A stretch of 63,757 nucleotides of DNA, filler included. It is 8 parts of 8 records of this genome, joined end to end, with 100 filler letters (N's around TTAATTAATTAA, not from the genome) between each part and the next. Parts side by side here need not be neighbours in the genome. Positions count along the whole stretch, not along the records: positions 1 to 16,672 come from SRR20825010_2174; positions 16,773 to 26,188 come from SRR20825010_2175; 6 more parts are not named here. The stretch is one strand, 5' to 3'. Below, in pieces: positions 8,650-20,000 of the stretch (its first letter is position 1; each line of letters starts with the position of its first letter). A program made the translations under genes and the position numbers. Under the pieces are notes generated by a model. The model did no database searches, was not told where the DNA came from, and saw only the letters and a program-made list of their open reading frames with translations.

Positions 8650-11633
8650 CCACGATAAAAAGAAAATATAAATTTTTAATACTTAGCCTATTTATAACAA
8701 TAGTTAATACGCTATACGCTCAACAACATATATATCCTCCTCAAGAAGAATTGTGGAATTCAGATTCATTGGGGACTCAAAGAGCTGTAATAAGAGTGAA
8801 CGAAAAAGTAGATGATGTTACTGTTGAAATTAATTGGAGGAATAGGAACGTTGATACAAACGGAAGAGTTATTGTGTTGGATAGTACAACTCAAAAAGTT
8901 ATTACGGATGTAGTACCTATAAATTTTTCTTCTGAAAAAGGAATTGTGAAGTTTAAAACATCAAAAGAAGAAGGGAACTTTTATGTGTATTATTTACCAT
9001 ATAAATTAGACGGTAGAACCAATTACCCAACAGCTACTTATTTCCAGAATAATAGTCAATTAGACACAGAATATACTATTTCAAATAGTAGTATAGCTAA
9101 GGTAATTCGCATTGAATCAGTAGATCAATTTAATAGCAATCAACCAATGGAGGTTATTGCAACCAATAAAGAGGTTGAAGAGTTAAGGAAGAAATATAAA
9201 AATGAGCCTTATTTAGTTTTTCCTGAAGATAGAACAAATGCAATAAGGATGAAGCATTACTTACCTCAAAAATGGTTAACGAAAGACCCGAGCTCGGTAT
9301 TTAACGATGAGGTGAAAAAAGGAGAAAATTATACTTTTCAATTAGGGGTTTGGGCAAAGGATGCCAATTTAAATGATATTGCTATCACATATTCAGACTT
9401 TGTTGATTCAGAAGGAAATAAATTATCTAAAGACTTACTAACGTGCTTTAATAAAGAAGGAATTAACTATTTAGGAGATAGCTTTACAAAAATAATCAAT
9501 GTTGAGAAAAATACTATTCAAGCTTTATGGTTTGGAGTAGATATTCCTACAGAAATTAGCTCAGGCACTTATAAGGGGACAATTACATTATCGCCATCTA
9601 ATAATGCAAAAACTATAATTGATGTAGAGCTTGTTGTTGTAAATGATACTGCTGTAAATAATGGTATAGATGAACCGTGGAAACAGACAAGATTAAAGTG
9701 GATAAACTCAACTTTAGCACAGGATAATTCGGTAATAAAACCTTATTTGCCTGTAGAATTATCAGGAAATAAACTGTCTATTCTTGGAAGAAAGGTAACA
9801 TTAGGTAAAAATGGGCTTCCAGACAAAATTGAAAGTTTTTTTACTGAAGAAATGACGTCATTAACAAATAAACCCAAAAATATTCTAGCCAGTCCATTTC
9901 GGTTTTCAATCAAAGAAGTAGGGGGAGAAGATTTAGAAATGAATTCTGAAGGTGTAGAATATACTAAAAAGGAGTCGGGAAAAATTCAGTGGAAAGCTAT
10001 AAATACTGCCCAAAATTTAACAATGGAAGTAATTGGGTCTCTAGAATTTGATGGTTTTATGAATTATGAGGTTAAAATTATTGCTGAGGATGATATTGAA
10101 ATAGAAGATATTTCTATGGTGGTACCATTAGAAGCGGAAAGTTCCAAGTATATGCTAGGGCTAGGCGAGAAGGGTAAAAAACTTCCTGAGCGTATTGATT
10201 GGAAGTGGAATGTAAAGCAGAAAAACCAAGACGGATGGTGGATAGGAGCTGTGAATGCTGGTTTACAATTAAGTCTTCGAGATGAGAATTACGAACGCCC
10301 TTTGAATACAAATTTCTATTTACAAAAACCTTTAAAATTGCCTACATCGTGGGGGAATGATAATAAGGGAGGAATTCGTGTTAAAACGAGTAAAAACATA
10401 ATAACATCTCAACATTACAGCGGAAAGAGAACAATGAAAAAGGGGGATGTTTTATTCTATAATTTTACTTTATTAATAACTCCGTTTCATACACTTCAAA
10501 CAGATGTGCATTGGAATAATAAATATTTTCATGCGTATAAACCAATAGATACTGTTATAAAAAGTGGTTCTAACGTAATAAATATTCATCACGCCAATGA
10601 GCTCAACCCTTATATAAATTATCCTTTTATAGCCACAGAGCAAATGAAAAATTATATAGATGAAGCTCATAAAAACAATCTAAAAGTTAAAATATATAAT
10701 ACCGTTAGAGAGGTTTCTAATCGTTTGTATGAATTATATCCCTTAAGAAGCTTAAATAACGAAGTTTTCTCCCAAGGAAAAGGTGGGGGAAGCGCTTGGC
10801 TGCAAGAACATTTACAAGATAATTATATTGCTGCATGGTATGTGCCTAAATATAAAGATGCTGCTATTATTAATAGCGGGATGAATCGCTGGCATAACTA
10901 CTATGTGGAAGGAATGAATTGGCTAGTTCAAAACATTGGAATTGATGGAATTTATTTAGATGATGTAGCTTTTGATAGAATAACAATGAAAAGAATAAAA
11001 CGAGTTCTTACTCAAGGAAATCAACCCGGACTCATCGATCTACATTCTGCCAATCAGTTTAATGAGCGTGATGGTTTTAATAATAGTGCCTATTTATACT
11101 TAGAGCATTTTCCTTACATAAATAGATTGTGGTTTGGGGAGTATTTTGATTATGAAAAAGAATCTCCAGATTTTTATCTAACAGAAGTAAGTGGAATTCC
11201 ATTCGGACTCATGGGGGAGATGCTACAAGATGGAGGTAATGCTTGGAGAGGGATGCTGTATGGTATGACTAATAGAATGCCATATCAAGATAAAAAACCA
11301 GACGGTATATGGAAAGTATGGGATGATTTTGGAATTGAAGGATCCAGTATGATAGGGTATTGGGTAGAGAAAAACCCTATAAAAACCAATAATGACAGAG
11401 TATTGGTAACCGTATATAAAAAAGAAGCCAAGGTGTTAATATCTATAGCTAGTTGGGATCAAAAAGATGTAGATGTTAAGTTGAATATTGATTGGGAACA
11501 ATTAGGGATTAAGGAAGATGGAATCAAAATATACGCACCTCCAATTAAAGATTTTCAAGAAGAGAAAACATTTAAGGTTGGAGAATCTATTTCTGTTGAA
11601 AAAAATAAAGGATGGTTAATTATACTGGAATAA
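8646..11633 (+). CDS. Secreted putative glycoside hydrolase (DUF6067 / GH123-like)
   Basis: Signal peptide; NVINIHHANELNPYINYPF, IDGIYLDD, IDLHSANQF, LWFGE motifs; PUL context. Confidence 0.7.
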   Translation: MTTIKRKYKFLILSLFITIVNTLYAQQHIYPPQEELWNSDSLGTQRAVIRVNEKVDDVTVEINWRNRNVDTNGRVIVLDSTTQKVITDVVPINFSSEKGIVKFKTSKEEGNFYVYYLPYKLDGRTNYPTATYFQNNSQLDTEYTISNSSIAKVIRIESVDQFNSNQPMEVIATNKEVEELRKKYKNEPYLVFPEDRTNAIRMKHYLPQKWLTKDPSSVFNDEVKKGENYTFQLGVWAKDANLNDIAITYSDFVDSEGNKLSKDLLTCFNKEGINYLGDSFTKIINVEKNTIQALWFGVDIPTEISSGTYKGTITLSPSNNAKTIIDVELVVVNDTAVNNGIDEPWKQTRLKWINSTLAQDNSVIKPYLPVELSGNKLSILGRKVTLGKNGLPDKIESFFTEEMTSLTNKPKNILASPFRFSIKEVGGEDLEMNSEGVEYTKKESGKIQWKAINTAQNLTMEVIGSLEFDGFMNYEVKIIAEDDIEIEDISMVVPLEAESSKYMLGLGEKGKKLPERIDWKWNVKQKNQDGWWIGAVNAGLQLSLRDENYERPLNTNFYLQKPLKLPTSWGNDNKGGIRVKTSKNIITSQHYSGKRTMKKGDVLFYNFTLLITPFHTLQTDVHWNNKYFHAYKPIDTVIKSGSNVINIHHANELNPYINYPFIATEQMKNYIDEAHKNNLKVKIYNTVREVSNRLYELYPLRSLNNEVFSQGKGGGSAWLQEHLQDNYIAAWYVPKYKDAAIINSGMNRWHNYYVEGMNWLVQNIGIDGIYLDDVAFDRITMKRIKRVLTQGNQPGLIDLHSANQFNERDGFNNSAYLYLEHFPYINRLWFGEYFDYEKESPDFYLTEVSGIPFGLMGEMLQDGGNAWRGMLYGMTNRMPYQDKKPDGIWKVWDDFGIEGSSMIGYWVEKNPIKTNNDRVLVTVYKKEAKVLISIASWDQKDVDVKLNIDWEQLGIKEDGIKIYAPPIKDFQEEKTFKVGESISVEKNKGWLIILE

Positions 11634-11635
11634 TT

Positions 11636-14572
11636 ATGAAAAAATTTCTATTAATATTAATTATTGTTTGTGTGAATAATTTATTCGCTCAGCAAGATGT
11701 CTCATATAAAGAATATCTAAAGGAATATAAAACATATCCATTTTCAGATCCAGACCCAATTCCTGCGTTACCTAAATTATATCCATATTTTAGATTTGAT
11801 GGTTTTACTACAGAATCTATTCAGAAAAAATGGAAAGTAGTAGAATTGGAGAATGAATATATCAAAGTTTTTATAATGCCTGAAATAGGCGGTAAGATAT
11901 GGACTGCTTATGATAAAATAAATGAAAAATATTTCTTATATAATAATGAAGTTGTAAAATTTCGAGATATAGCTTTGAGAGGACCATGGGTAAGTGGTGG
12001 AATAGAAGCTAATTATGGGGTTATTGGGCACACACCAAACAGCGCTACCCCTGTAGATTATACCACTATAACAAAGGAAGACGGCAGCGTAAGTTGTATA
12101 GTAAGTGTGTTAGATTTACTCACTAGAACCCGTTGGATTTTAGATATTAACCTAAAAAAGGACAATGCGTATTTTACAACACAATCATATTGGTTTAACC
12201 AAACAGGTGTAGAACAACCATATTATACATGGATGAATGTAGGAATTCCAGCTGGAGATGATTTGAGGTTTCTATACCCTGGCAGTAATTATATCGGACA
12301 TGATGGAGTAGACCATAATTGGCAGCTAAATTCAGAAAATAGGGATCTTTCTTTATATACCGAAAACAATTTTGACGGTTCAAAATCCTACCATGTGTTA
12401 GGAGCGCACAGCAAATATTTTGGCGCCTTATGGAAAGATCAAGATTACGGAATGATACATTATGCAAAAAGAGGAGATAAGTTAGGAAAGAAAATTTTTC
12501 TGTGGGCTCAATCAGATCAAGGTAAAATATGGGAAGATTTATTAACAGATACAAGTGGTCAATATGTAGAAATACAAAGTGGAAGATTATTTAATCAAAA
12601 TATTCCGCTAAGTAGCCAAACACCATTTAAACAATTAGGATTTAATTCGTATAGTAGCGAAACATGGAAAGAGTATTGGTATCCTTTTGCTAAAATTAAA
12701 GGATTTACGCAAGCTAGTAAAAGTGGGGCTTTTACTATTGAAATAGAAGAAGATGAATTACAACTTCAATTTTCGCCTGTAAAGAGAATAAAAGGGGACT
12801 TAGTGCTAATTGATACTGAAGGAAAAGAAATTTATAAAGAACCAATAGAGGCACAACCTTTAGAGGTTTATAGAAGAAGCATTTCTATACCTAGTAATTC
12901 ACATGTTAAGTATCTTGAAATAGATGGGGATTATATAGATTTATTGGTAAAAAATGAAAAGAAGTTAAGTAGGCCTCTATCAATTTCAAAAGAATTTGAT
13001 CATGATAGTTATTATGCATTATATCTAGAAGGAAGAGACTATTATCGTTTTCGAGATTATAAAATGGCAGAGAATAAAATACAAGCATCTTTAAAATTGA
13101 ATAACTCTTTTATTCCATCTTTAGTAGAAATGTCTAAAATTAAACTCTTTAAAATGGAATACGATTCTGCTTTCTATTACTCCAAAAAGGCATTAAGTAT
13201 AGACACTTATAATGGAGATGCCAATTACTACTATGGTAAAGCGGCATCCTACATAAATAAACCGTATGATGCTTTAGATGGTTATGAAGTAGCGGCATTA
13301 ACTCCAGTCAATAGAAATGCAGCCTATACGCAATTGAGTAAAGTTTATTTAAAAATAGGTGATTTATATGAAGCTCAAGATTACGGATTACGAGCCTTAA
13401 ACGAAGACCCAGAAAATATAGATGCTTTTAAATTACTATATGTCATCGCTAGGCATAAAGAGGATGTAGATGCAATTAATTTTTATCAGCAAAAAATAAA
13501 TAAGATAAACCCTTTAAGTCACTTCTTAAAGTTCGAATCTTATTTTAAAGACAAGTCTATTTTTAATAGAGATAAATTTGTAAATAATATTCAAAATGAA
13601 ATGCCTGCTGAAACATTTCTTGAATTAGCTATGTGGTACTATAGTATAGGTCTAAATACTGAAAGTATAGAAGTTTTAAAGTTGGCGCCGAAAAATGCTT
13701 TGAACTTATATTGGCTTAGTTATTTATCTAAAGATAGGAGAACTTCAAGCGAGTATTATGAGGAAGCAGAGAAACAGTCTTTAGATTTTGTTTTTCCTTT
13801 TAGAGAAGAGACTGCATGTATGCTAAAGGAACTAAATGCTAAAAAGGATTCATGGAAAACAAATTATTTGTTGGCATTGATACATTCATTTAAAGGAAAT
13901 AATGATATAGCGAATGACTTATTGAATGATGAAAATGTGAATTTTGCTCCATATTATATAATTAAAGAAAGATTAGATATAGAAGCCAGTATCAATACAA
14001 AAATGTCTTATATAAAAAAGGCTATGGAGATAGATGCTTCTCAATGGCGGTATAAAATGATTTATAGTAACTTATTATATAAATCGGGACAAAAAAAACA
14101 GGCAATAGAGATACTTGAAAAAGAATATTATAAGAATGATGATAATTATATTGTAGGTCTACGATTAATTAAGTTTTTAATGATGAATAATCAGTATGAA
14201 AAGGCAGAATCTTTTTTGACCAATGTTAATGTTTTACCATTTGAAGGCGCTACAGATGGGCAAAAATATTATAGGCAAACTAAATTGATGTTGGCTTATC
14301 ACGAATACAAAAAAGGTGATTATTCCAATGCGTTAAGTAAAATTGAAGAGAGTGAAGAATGGCCTAAAACATTAGGGGTAGGGAAGCCTTATGTGAATAT
14401 GATTGATCTTTCAATCGAAAACTCTATGAGAGTTTTAATATATGAAAAGATGAAAAATAACGAACTTATGGATGGTTATAAAGATGAGTTAGGAGAAAAC
14501 TTAATAGATCAAAACAATATATTGGAGAATATTAAGAAAATTTCTTTTAAGGGAGACGATTATTTATTTTAA
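11636..14572 (+). CDS. DUF5107 domain TPR-containing secreted protein
   Basis: Signal peptide MKKFLL; LENEYIKVFIMPEIGGKIW, ALRGPWVSGGIEAN, YVEIQSG motifs; helical TPR-like C-half. Confidence 0.8.
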   Translation: MKKFLLILIIVCVNNLFAQQDVSYKEYLKEYKTYPFSDPDPIPALPKLYPYFRFDGFTTESIQKKWKVVELENEYIKVFIMPEIGGKIWTAYDKINEKYFLYNNEVVKFRDIALRGPWVSGGIEANYGVIGHTPNSATPVDYTTITKEDGSVSCIVSVLDLLTRTRWILDINLKKDNAYFTTQSYWFNQTGVEQPYYTWMNVGIPAGDDLRFLYPGSNYIGHDGVDHNWQLNSENRDLSLYTENNFDGSKSYHVLGAHSKYFGALWKDQDYGMIHYAKRGDKLGKKIFLWAQSDQGKIWEDLLTDTSGQYVEIQSGRLFNQNIPLSSQTPFKQLGFNSYSSETWKEYWYPFAKIKGFTQASKSGAFTIEIEEDELQLQFSPVKRIKGDLVLIDTEGKEIYKEPIEAQPLEVYRRSISIPSNSHVKYLEIDGDYIDLLVKNEKKLSRPLSISKEFDHDSYYALYLEGRDYYRFRDYKMAENKIQASLKLNNSFIPSLVEMSKIKLFKMEYDSAFYYSKKALSIDTYNGDANYYYGKAASYINKPYDALDGYEVAALTPVNRNAAYTQLSKVYLKIGDLYEAQDYGLRALNEDPENIDAFKLLYVIARHKEDVDAINFYQQKINKINPLSHFLKFESYFKDKSIFNRDKFVNNIQNEMPAETFLELAMWYYSIGLNTESIEVLKLAPKNALNLYWLSYLSKDRRTSSEYYEEAEKQSLDFVFPFREETACMLKELNAKKDSWKTNYLLALIHSFKGNNDIANDLLNDENVNFAPYYIIKERLDIEASINTKMSYIKKAMEIDASQWRYKMIYSNLLYKSGQKKQAIEILEKEYYKNDDNYIVGLRLIKFLMMNNQYEKAESFLTNVNVLPFEGATDGQKYYRQTKLMLAYHEYKKGDYSNALSKIEESEEWPKTLGVGKPYVNMIDLSIENSMRVLIYEKMKNNELMDGYKDELGENLIDQNNILENIKKISFKGDDYLF

Positions 14573-14613
14573 TTAGTAAATATCGCTAAAAGCATTCAGT
14601 TAACTTTTTTTAA

Positions 14614-15950
14614 ATGAAGAAAAAAAAACATATTTATCAGTTTTAATAACCATTTGCTCGGTTATACTTTTTAGTTGTAACACTGATGGAGAAACCAAAG
14701 AAGTTATAATAGAAGAAGTTATTAATCCGCCAAGTATTATTCTTGCTAAGGGAAATAGTTGGGTTGTTGGAGATATTGCTAGTAATGAAGAAATTATTAC
14801 AGAAGATGGAATTCGTAATTGGAAGGATTTAGATACAAAAATTCGTACGTATTTTAAGGTAAATACTTCGGGACAAATAAAAGTAAGTCTTAAAGCACAA
14901 GCCGTAGAAGGTTCTTCTGTAGTAACTATTGCATTAGGAGATCAGCAGAAAGAGGTGGAAATCTCCAATACCGATTTTCAAACTCTTGAAGCTGGGATGT
15001 TTTCTGTAGAAAAGGCAGGGTACTATTTTTTAGAAATACAAGGGAAGTCTAATACTGGAGAAACTATTGCAGATATAGATAGTTTTACGTTAGAAGGTTC
15101 TGCATTAAATGAAGGCATTACTTATGTAAAAGAAGACTTTTATTGGGGTAGAAGAGGACCATCTGTCCACTTAAACTATACAGCTCCAGAAGGAAAAGAC
15201 ATTGTGTGGTTTTATAATGAAATTACAGTACCAGAAGGAGACGATACTTTAGGTTCATATTTTATGGCGAATGGTTTTGCTGAAGGATACTTTGGGATGC
15301 AGGTGAATTCTTCAACAGAGCGACGAATTTTATTTTCAGTTTGGAGTCCATATGAAACGCAAAATCCTGATGAAATTCCAGACGATTATAAAATTATTCT
15401 TTTAGGAAAAGGAGAAGGAGTCACCACAGGAGAATTTGGAAACGAAGGTTCTGGTGGACAAAGTTATAAAGTGTTTAATTGGAAAGCGGGGCAGACGTAT
15501 AAGTTTTTACTTAAAGGGAGTCCATCTACCAATAATTCTACCGATTATACAGCTTATTTCTTTGACCCTACTGAAGGGAGTTGGAGTTTGATTGCTAGTT
15601 TTAGAAGACCGCACACAAGTACTTATTTAAAAAGACAGCATTCTTTTTTAGAAAATTTTATTACCCAAACAGGAAATATAAGTCGTATGGGAGTATATGG
15701 AAACCAATGGGTGTATGATACCGAAGGAGAGTGGCATGAATTAACCGAAGCTAAATTTACAGCAGATGCTACAGCAAAAAAAGGATCTAGAGTTGATTAT
15801 GCTGGTGGAGCTAAAGGCAATACTTTTTATATGAAAAATTGTGGCTTTTTTGATGATATGACAGAAATGAATACCATGCATACTAGAACGCCAAACGGAA
15901 AAGCTCCTGAAATAGATTTTGCATTACTACCAAAGGGTAGTTTGAAATAA
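14614..15950 (+). CDS. DUF5077/DUF3472 lipoprotein; start codon out of frame at an A9 tract
   Basis: Frame open from 14628 (TYLSVLITICSVILFSC lipobox) into the 14955 ORF; YWGRRGPSVHL, GYFGMQVNS, GEFGNEGSGGQS, SFLENF motifs; ATG 14614 is in another frame. Confidence 0.75.
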
Positions 15951-15988
15951 AAATTTCAATTTGTTAAATTGATAGTTAGTTTGTTGTT

Positions 15989-16023
15989 AAAGCATTGTTA
16001 GTTCCTGCTAACAATGCTTTTTT
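15989..16023. terminator. Bidirectional intrinsic terminator
   Basis: Stem aaagcattgttag / ctaacaatgcttt with T-run between convergent genes. Confidence 0.8.
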
Positions 16024-16610
16024 TATATAATACCATGTAGTCTAGCGTATTGAATTAACATGATGGTCTTTGCATCTTTTATTTCACCATTCTTTACCAT
16101 GCTTTCTGCATCTGTAAAAGAGGTTTCAAAAACTTCAATATCCTCATGTTCGCTATCGAGTCCGCCGCCTTCATGTGCTTTCATATTGGCGTTGTATTTT
16201 CCAATGTAGAGGTGTAACTTTTCTGTAACAGCACCAGGAGATGGATATATTTCGAACACTTTTTGTACTTCAGAAATTTTATATCCAGTCTCTTCGTCGG
16301 TTTCTCTGATGATAGATATTTCGGGGTCTTCATTTTCAATAATTCCAGCAGGAACTTCAATCATCATCCCGCTTTCATTACCATTTAAATAAGTTGGCAT
16401 TCTAAATTGTCTAGTTAAAACAATATTTTTTGTTTCGGGATTGTATAGTAAAATAGCAGCTCCATTTCCACGGTCGTATACCTCTCTACTAACTTTTTCC
16501 CATTCGCCTTTTTTGTTTTTAAACTGAAAATCAATTTTTTTTAACAGGTACCAATTATCCGAAAGAATGCTTTCTTTTTCTATTTTTATTTGATTGTTCT
16601 TCATTTTCAA
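16023..16610 (-). CDS. nudK: GDP-mannose pyrophosphatase NudK (Nudix)
   Basis: LSDNWY, REVYDRGNGA, QFRMP, Nudix box RETDEETG, GGGLxxExEDIEV, DAKTIML. Confidence 0.9.
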   Translation of the reverse strand: MKMKNNQIKIEKESILSDNWYLLKKIDFQFKNKKGEWEKVSREVYDRGNGAAILLYNPETKNIVLTRQFRMPTYLNGNESGMMIEVPAGIIENEDPEISIIRETDEETGYKISEVQKVFEIYPSPGAVTEKLHLYIGKYNANMKAHEGGGLDSEHEDIEVFETSFTDAESMVKNGEIKDAKTIMLIQYARLHGII

Positions 16611-16629
16611 ATCCCTCGTTGAGGGTTTT

Positions 16630-16672
16630 ATTTCCCAGAGCTTGTTCTGAGTATATCGAAGTGTTCTACGTC
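16630..16672. repeat. Second copy of the intergenic repeat, truncated by contig end
   Basis: 40/43 identity to nt 1-43, same orientation. Confidence 0.75.
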
Positions 16673-16772
16673 NNNNNNNNNNNNNNNNNNNNNNNNNNNN
16701 NNNNNNNNNNNNNNNNTTAATTAATTAANNNNNNNNNNNNNNNNNNNNNNNNNNNNNNNNNNNNNNNNNNNN
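16673..16772. other. Artificial contig linker (also 26189-26288, 35362-35461, 38526-38625, 42240-42339, 52952-53051, 60433-60532)
   Basis: Identical 100-nt N-TTAATTAATTAA-N spacer, stops in all six frames; composition and gene style change across each one. Confidence 0.98.
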
Positions 16773-16848
16773 GGGAAATTTCCCGACATTTTCCGGAAAT
16801 TCCCGTAAATTTTCCCGTCGGAACTTTTTTCAACCTTTTCCGGAAATT
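16773..16848. repeat. Left-end low-complexity palindromic repeat (GGGAAATTTCCC / TTTTCCGGAAA type)
   Basis: gggaaatttcccgacattttccggaaattcccgtaaattttcccgtcggaac...ccttttccggaaatt. Confidence 0.75.
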
Positions 16849-17046
16849 ATTGTATATTCTCCCAGAAAGTATTCCATTATTAGTATGTATGTAAAATGAA
16901 AATTATTTAACCATGTACGTATGCGGTACAACTGATGCGTACTGCACATATACGTACATAGCACATACATAGTAGTTGGCATGGGTGTTAAACGTTATCT
17001 AAATTTATGTTGTTACGTACGTTACAATACAGAATATTTTAATCCT

Positions 17047-20000
17047 GGAAAGGTGTAACCCACGTACGTATTTGCGTAGAATTTGTGGAACCCATATCAT
17101 ACACGATGCTGTTACAAAGTGACACATATCAGGGTTGTACATTAATTAATAGTGTATAAGTATCACTCGCATACATTGCACGTAATGTATATACGTATAC
17201 TATTGTGATGGTTTTTTGTGAATACATTGTCGGATAATACTTACCGGAAAGGTGTATACACGTCTTGTACATGTTACAACTAAACACATATAACGTGTAA
17301 TCCTTTTATAACACAATACGCGGTGTACATACCCCGAAAGTCGTAACATGTTATGTTAATGTTGCATAGTAGTAAGTATTACTACATATACGGTGACGTA
17401 CTATACTTTGTTGCACACATGTAAACAGACCCCTACCCGTGTACACAGTTAGGTTCTGTCCCACTGTTAGCATTGTGTGTTGTGTAGTGGTGCATCAAGC
17501 CGTAGGTACGTGACTCAGCCAGGTAGGATCATGTAATTTAGTTTGTCCATAAATGTTATAATGTAATAACCTATATGGAAAGGTGCGCACAGTGTATAAC
17601 AACTCTCCAGGATGGGTGAGATACCTATGTTACATAACCGCAGTAAATGTACACCTTAAATACATTTGCCAGCAGTTTATGAAATTTTACCCGTGGATTG
17701 TCTTGTATGCAAAGCGTAAAATAAAAACGTAAACGTTGTGCATAACACGTGAATTTTACCGGTAAAGCCCCCGTAATTTAAACAGTGCATGAAATAGTAT
17801 CAATACTATACTGCTTGTATGTATCGTGCCGTGCCGTATACGATGAGATACAACTGTATATGTTCAAGATAAGTTTATGGTGTTTGTAGGTATGTTACAT
17901 ACATATCTCGGAAAGGTGCGTTACGTGTATATATGTACGTCGCGTTGTTACACACGCATCACACAAAAGGAAGCTACTACGTGTTTACACGGACATGCAA
18001 CGTATACCGGATATATGGTTATACGTGAGAGGTCGTAATTACCATAGCGCCGTTATGTAGTGCGTGTTACATTGTATGATTTGTGTTTATTATACAAACG
18101 CAACGTCATTTACGGAAAGGTGTTACGCGTTACGTGTAGTAGTACTGCCACAACACGGGACGGGTACCACCTATATGTGTAACACATGTATTAACATGTT
18201 TCTTCCCATAACCGACCGTACGCGATAATCTATTACCAGCATGTAACACTATATGCATGACTATGATATTGTACGATTTGTGTAGTTTAATTTGCGTATG
18301 ACGTAATTAATACTTGCCTGGGAAAGGTGTACAGTATACCACTAGTATCGTACAACCCAGGGGATTCTCCAGAACGTATTCCCAGTATGCGACTACGTAG
18401 GTTGTGTTGATGTACTTATCTGTATACGGTGTACGATATGCTGTACATTAATTTTAAATCGTATGTGATACATTCGATAACTACTCATCTAACGAAAGGT
18501 GCAAGATACGTACTTGAGTTATGGTTGTATAATATTATATACATAGTTGTTACCTTGGAAAGATATAACCATTGGGATGTAGTAAGCGGTATACCATTAT
18601 GTAACGATGCTAACAGCATACGTGAGTACTGTCTTTATAAAAAACAGGTAACTATAACACATACACCTTTCCAGCGTAGACACATAACGTACATAACAAA
18701 ACAAATTTCAACAAGCATAACGTAATGTGTATGTTGTGGTAACCTGAGGGGGGCGTATACCTCATACGTAGTTAAGCCATATCCCCCATAAGGTAATTGT
18801 TACTGCGGGCAGTGTTATCCATAGCGTACACAGTATTTTCGGTAGGTGACGTATTTAGTACTTACATGTCTAACTGCGTATATACGTATTACTATAAATA
18901 TCAATACACAAACGTAGAGTAAAACATAATACATGTGCCGATGTGTCTTGCTATTACACTAACATGACAAGTATGTAGTGCATCTTCCCGTACATAATGC
19001 CGTTTACGTGGGTAGTGCATACACAAAAACAGGACAAGTACCTACATGTACCCGCGGGATAAAAACAGTAACACCGATTGCATAACAATGTTGTACGTGG
19101 CTGGATGGAGATTCAGTTATGGTGTGCAATGTATCCCGATAATCTGTAGGAAAGGTGTGTCACTGTACTTGTGTTATACGTAATGCACTTACACATATGT
19201 TAATACACACCACCCCAATATATTATGTTTTCCGGATTACGTGTAATACAGTATACATTCAACTATCCTGGAAAGGTGTACAGTGCTGTACTTACTGTAT
19301 ACACCACGCAATACGTAGCAACGTAACACGTAAAAATCGGTATTGTATAATACGAGTATATACATGCCCGTACACTGGTGCGGGCATACAGCAAAACAGA
19401 CCACATATGCAGAGCACCCTACAAGCAATGTATCTTTCCAGGGAAAGCCAGCATTAATGTTATGTGCTAGCACACACACATATCACGTAAAACACATACA
19501 CCACACCGCGAACCCGGAATGTGTATACACAGCATGTGATGTAGTACATAAGGATGTAAGGTGGCCTCCCCATTATGTATATGTGTACTCGATTTTTTGT
19601 GTTTTTTGTAATAATACCCGTACAATGTTTACGTTGGAAAGGTGCATACATGTAAGTATGTTAATCACGTATGTGATTGACCACGTACACACCTAGTAAG
19701 ACAAGTAATATTATACCACGTAATATACGTACGGGTATCTTTCCGGATGTACCTCAATATGGTTTAATAACAATCATATTAACTACAACACGTGTAGTAC
19801 ACCCGTACGGTTAAGTACCCTGTTTGTCAGCTGTATAGATTACGTATACTATCATACTGCGGGAGTTATTACCACCCTGTAAATTGTAGTAATCACCAAT
19901 GTGAGTCTACAGGGGCTGGTAATACTGCCGGGGCATGTAGTATAACACCTTATACAACAACGTAATGTATACCAAAATGTTTACACCTTGACTACTAGAC

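Noticed and set aside
16673-16772. TTAATTAATTAA palindrome recurring seven times
   Set aside because: Artificial six-frame-stop linker inside N padding; not biological.
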